The notes beneath the pieces were generated by a model, which made no database searches, was not told the DNA's origin, and worked only from the letters and a program-made list of their open reading frames with translations. The position numbers and the translations under genes were made by a program. Positions 23,590 to 25,017 of a stretch of DNA of 25,017 nucleotides are shown piece after piece. The DNA comes from Deferrisomatales bacterium (lineage in GTDB: Bacteria; Desulfobacterota; Deferrisomatia; Deferrisomatales; JACRMM01), in NCBI GenBank assembly GCA_033551855.1, contig JAWSUI010000052.1, forward strand, positions 1-25,017, given 5' to 3'. The number at the start of each line of letters is the position of its first letter. Within the stretch, counting starts at the first letter, position 1.

Positions 23590-24762
23590 TCACTCCGGCT
23601 GCTGGGGCTCGTCGGGTCTGACGAGGGAGATCCTCACCTGGGACGGAGAGATCCCGCGCACCTCGATCCCGGGGGGGTGGTCCACCCGGTCCGGGTTGAC
23701 CTGGAAGGTGCGTCGTCCGAGCTGGGCGAGGAAGGCGTCGATGCGCACCTGGATCATGTCGGGCGGACCGAGGTAGACCGCCCCTCGCGGGCCGCTCACG
23801 GTGACGTTGACCCGCTCGGGCTCCACGCTCTCCAAGAGGTAGCCCACCGGGAGGTTCTCCACGACCACGGGGGCCTGGCGGACCATCTCCACGGTGCTCG
23901 ACCCCGGCACCAGCAGGAACCAGAGCCCCACCGCCAGGGTCAGGGCCACCGCGCCGTAGGGCCAGACCGGGCCGAAGAACCTCCTCCAGCCCTCGGCGGT
24001 GGGAACCTCCACGGTGCCCGCGCCGAACTCCCTCAGGACCTCCTGGAGCTCGTCGGGCTGCCGGATCCTCTGCAGCGCCCCGTCCCGGGCGACCGAGACC
24101 GTCCCCCTCTCCTCCGAGACCACCACGCACAGGGCATCGGTTCGCTCCGAGAGCCCCAGCGCCGCCGCGTGGCGCGTCCCGCCGGGTCCCAGCTCCCCCT
24201 GGTTCGTCGAGAGGGGAAGGTGGCACCCGAAGAGGGCCACCCTCTGGCCGGCCATGACGACCGCGCCGTCGTGGCCCGGTGAGCCGGGGTCGAAGAGGCT
24301 CAGAAGGAGGGACTCGCTCAGGTGCCCGTCCAAGGGGACGCCGCCTTCCAGGTGGCGCTCCAGCGGCTCCTTGCCGGGCAGGACCAGGAGCGCGCCGGTG
24401 CGCTCCTCGGCCATGCGCCACACTGCGGCGGCCAGGATCCCGGCGGCCGGGGCGGTCCCCAGAGGCCCCCGGCGGCCCGCCCCCCAGGCGCCGATCTGCT
24501 CGAGCAGCCGGCGGAGGTCCTCCTGGAAGACGACCACGATCAGGATGAGGAGCACCGCCGAGAAGCCCTGGAAGATCCACGCGGTGAGGTTGAAGTGGAC
24601 CTGCCGGGCCACGAGGTAGACCACCGCCAGGATCGCGAGCCCGAGGAACGCGAAGAAGGCCCGGGTCCTGCGCAGCCAGACGAGGACGCCCCAGAAGATC
24701 AGCGCGGCCAGCGCGATGTCGGCGACGTCGCGCCAGTAGCCGAGGAAGTGAAGGGTCTGCAT
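23590..24762 (-). CDS. cdaA: Membrane diadenylate cyclase (CdaA/DacA, DisA_N domain) fused to TM + YbbR/CdaR-like domain
   Basis: Three N-terminal TMs with VVVFQEDLRRLLE. DAC motifs HDGAVV and GTRHAAALGLSERTDA...VVSEERG, then a TM and a YbbR-like segment (PVVVENLP...VNVTVSGP...ISPSQV). Confidence 0.9.
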   Translation of the reverse strand: MQTLHFLGYWRDVADIALAALIFWGVLVWLRRTRAFFAFLGLAILAVVYLVARQVHFNLTAWIFQGFSAVLLILIVVVFQEDLRRLLEQIGAWGAGRRGPLGTAPAAGILAAAVWRMAEERTGALLVLPGKEPLERHLEGGVPLDGHLSESLLLSLFDPGSPGHDGAVVMAGQRVALFGCHLPLSTNQGELGPGGTRHAAALGLSERTDALCVVVSEERGTVSVARDGALQRIRQPDELQEVLREFGAGTVEVPTAEGWRRFFGPVWPYGAVALTLAVGLWFLLVPGSSTVEMVRQAPVVVENLPVGYLLESVEPERVNVTVSGPRGAVYLGPPDMIQVRIDAFLAQLGRRTFQVNPDRVDHPPGIEVRGISPSQVRISLVRPDEPQQPE

Positions 24763-24787
24763 GGGCGGGCTCTCCGGGTTGCACCCT

Positions 24788-24816
24788 CTTGTACTCGAAC
24801 GCGACCCGGGGGGCAA
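24788..24816 (-). promoter_or_regulatory. Possible sigma70 promoter for cdaA
   Basis: TTGCCC-N17-TACAAG on the minus strand about 25 nt upstream of the ATG; weak match to consensus. Confidence 0.25.
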
Positions 24817-24855
24817 GAAGGCCGGGGGCCCTGGATCCACCACCTGGAACGTGCT

Positions 24856-25010
24856 CGGGGTCGGGGAGCCCCTCCGCTTCGCCCCGCAGTCCACGATATC
24901 CGGACGAGGCGTCGGCGAGGAAGCGGGTACGCCCCGCTTCACCCGTTTCTGCGGGCTTGGCCCATCGGTCGAGGCGGTACGGGGCTGCGCTCCACGGCTC
25001 CCCGACCCCG
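24856..25010. repeat. 155-bp segment bounded by a perfect 15-bp inverted repeat
   Basis: CGGGGTCGGGGAGCC (24856-24870) / GGCTCCCCGACCCCG (24996-25010); internal hairpin GAAGCGGG-tacgc-CCCGCTTC (24920-24940). Confidence 0.65.
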
Positions 25011-25017
25011 CCCGAAG

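Noticed and set aside
40..24784. Many long overlapping ORFs in the track (e.g. 40-1536, 9938-11491, 12563-14314, 15219-16898, 16636-18675, 19756-21228, 23495-24784)
   Set aside because: Shadow frames of high-GC genes: Arg/Pro/Gly-rich or antisense to recognisable proteins, with no family motifs.

Overview
This is a very GC-rich bacterial window; the gene content suggests a deltaproteobacterium/Desulfobacterota-like organism (inference). Apart from a 5'-truncated galE on the + strand, every credible gene is on the - strand. In transcription order (right to left) they are: a CdaA-type diadenylate cyclase fused to a YbbR/CdaR domain, a two-gene RdgC-like pair, a single-domain response regulator and a sigma54 promoter. 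These are followed by an uncharacterised Flp-associated AAA+ ATPase, two Flp pilins missed by the ORF track, and a complete Tad/Cpa pilus locus (cpaA, cpaB, cpaC, lipoprotein, tadE, tadG, cpaE, cpaF, tadB, tadC, TPR lipoprotein). The locus runs on, same strand, into an SH3 protein, an outer-membrane beta-barrel, a Wzz/GumC-like co-polymerase, a tyrosine-free BY-kinase homologue lacking its Walker A lysine, and an ExeA-like ATPase. Most larger intergenic gaps hold short repeats from at least five unrelated families. These include a 37-38 bp TTCAA-palindrome/G-tail family with strict orientation, heptamer arrays, an octamer-periodic inverted repeat, a GTGG REP pair, and a 99-bp composite with an IS6-like end. 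One copy of the 99-bp composite sits between two copies of a gene's 3' end. No transposase, CRISPR array, tRNA or rRNA was seen.
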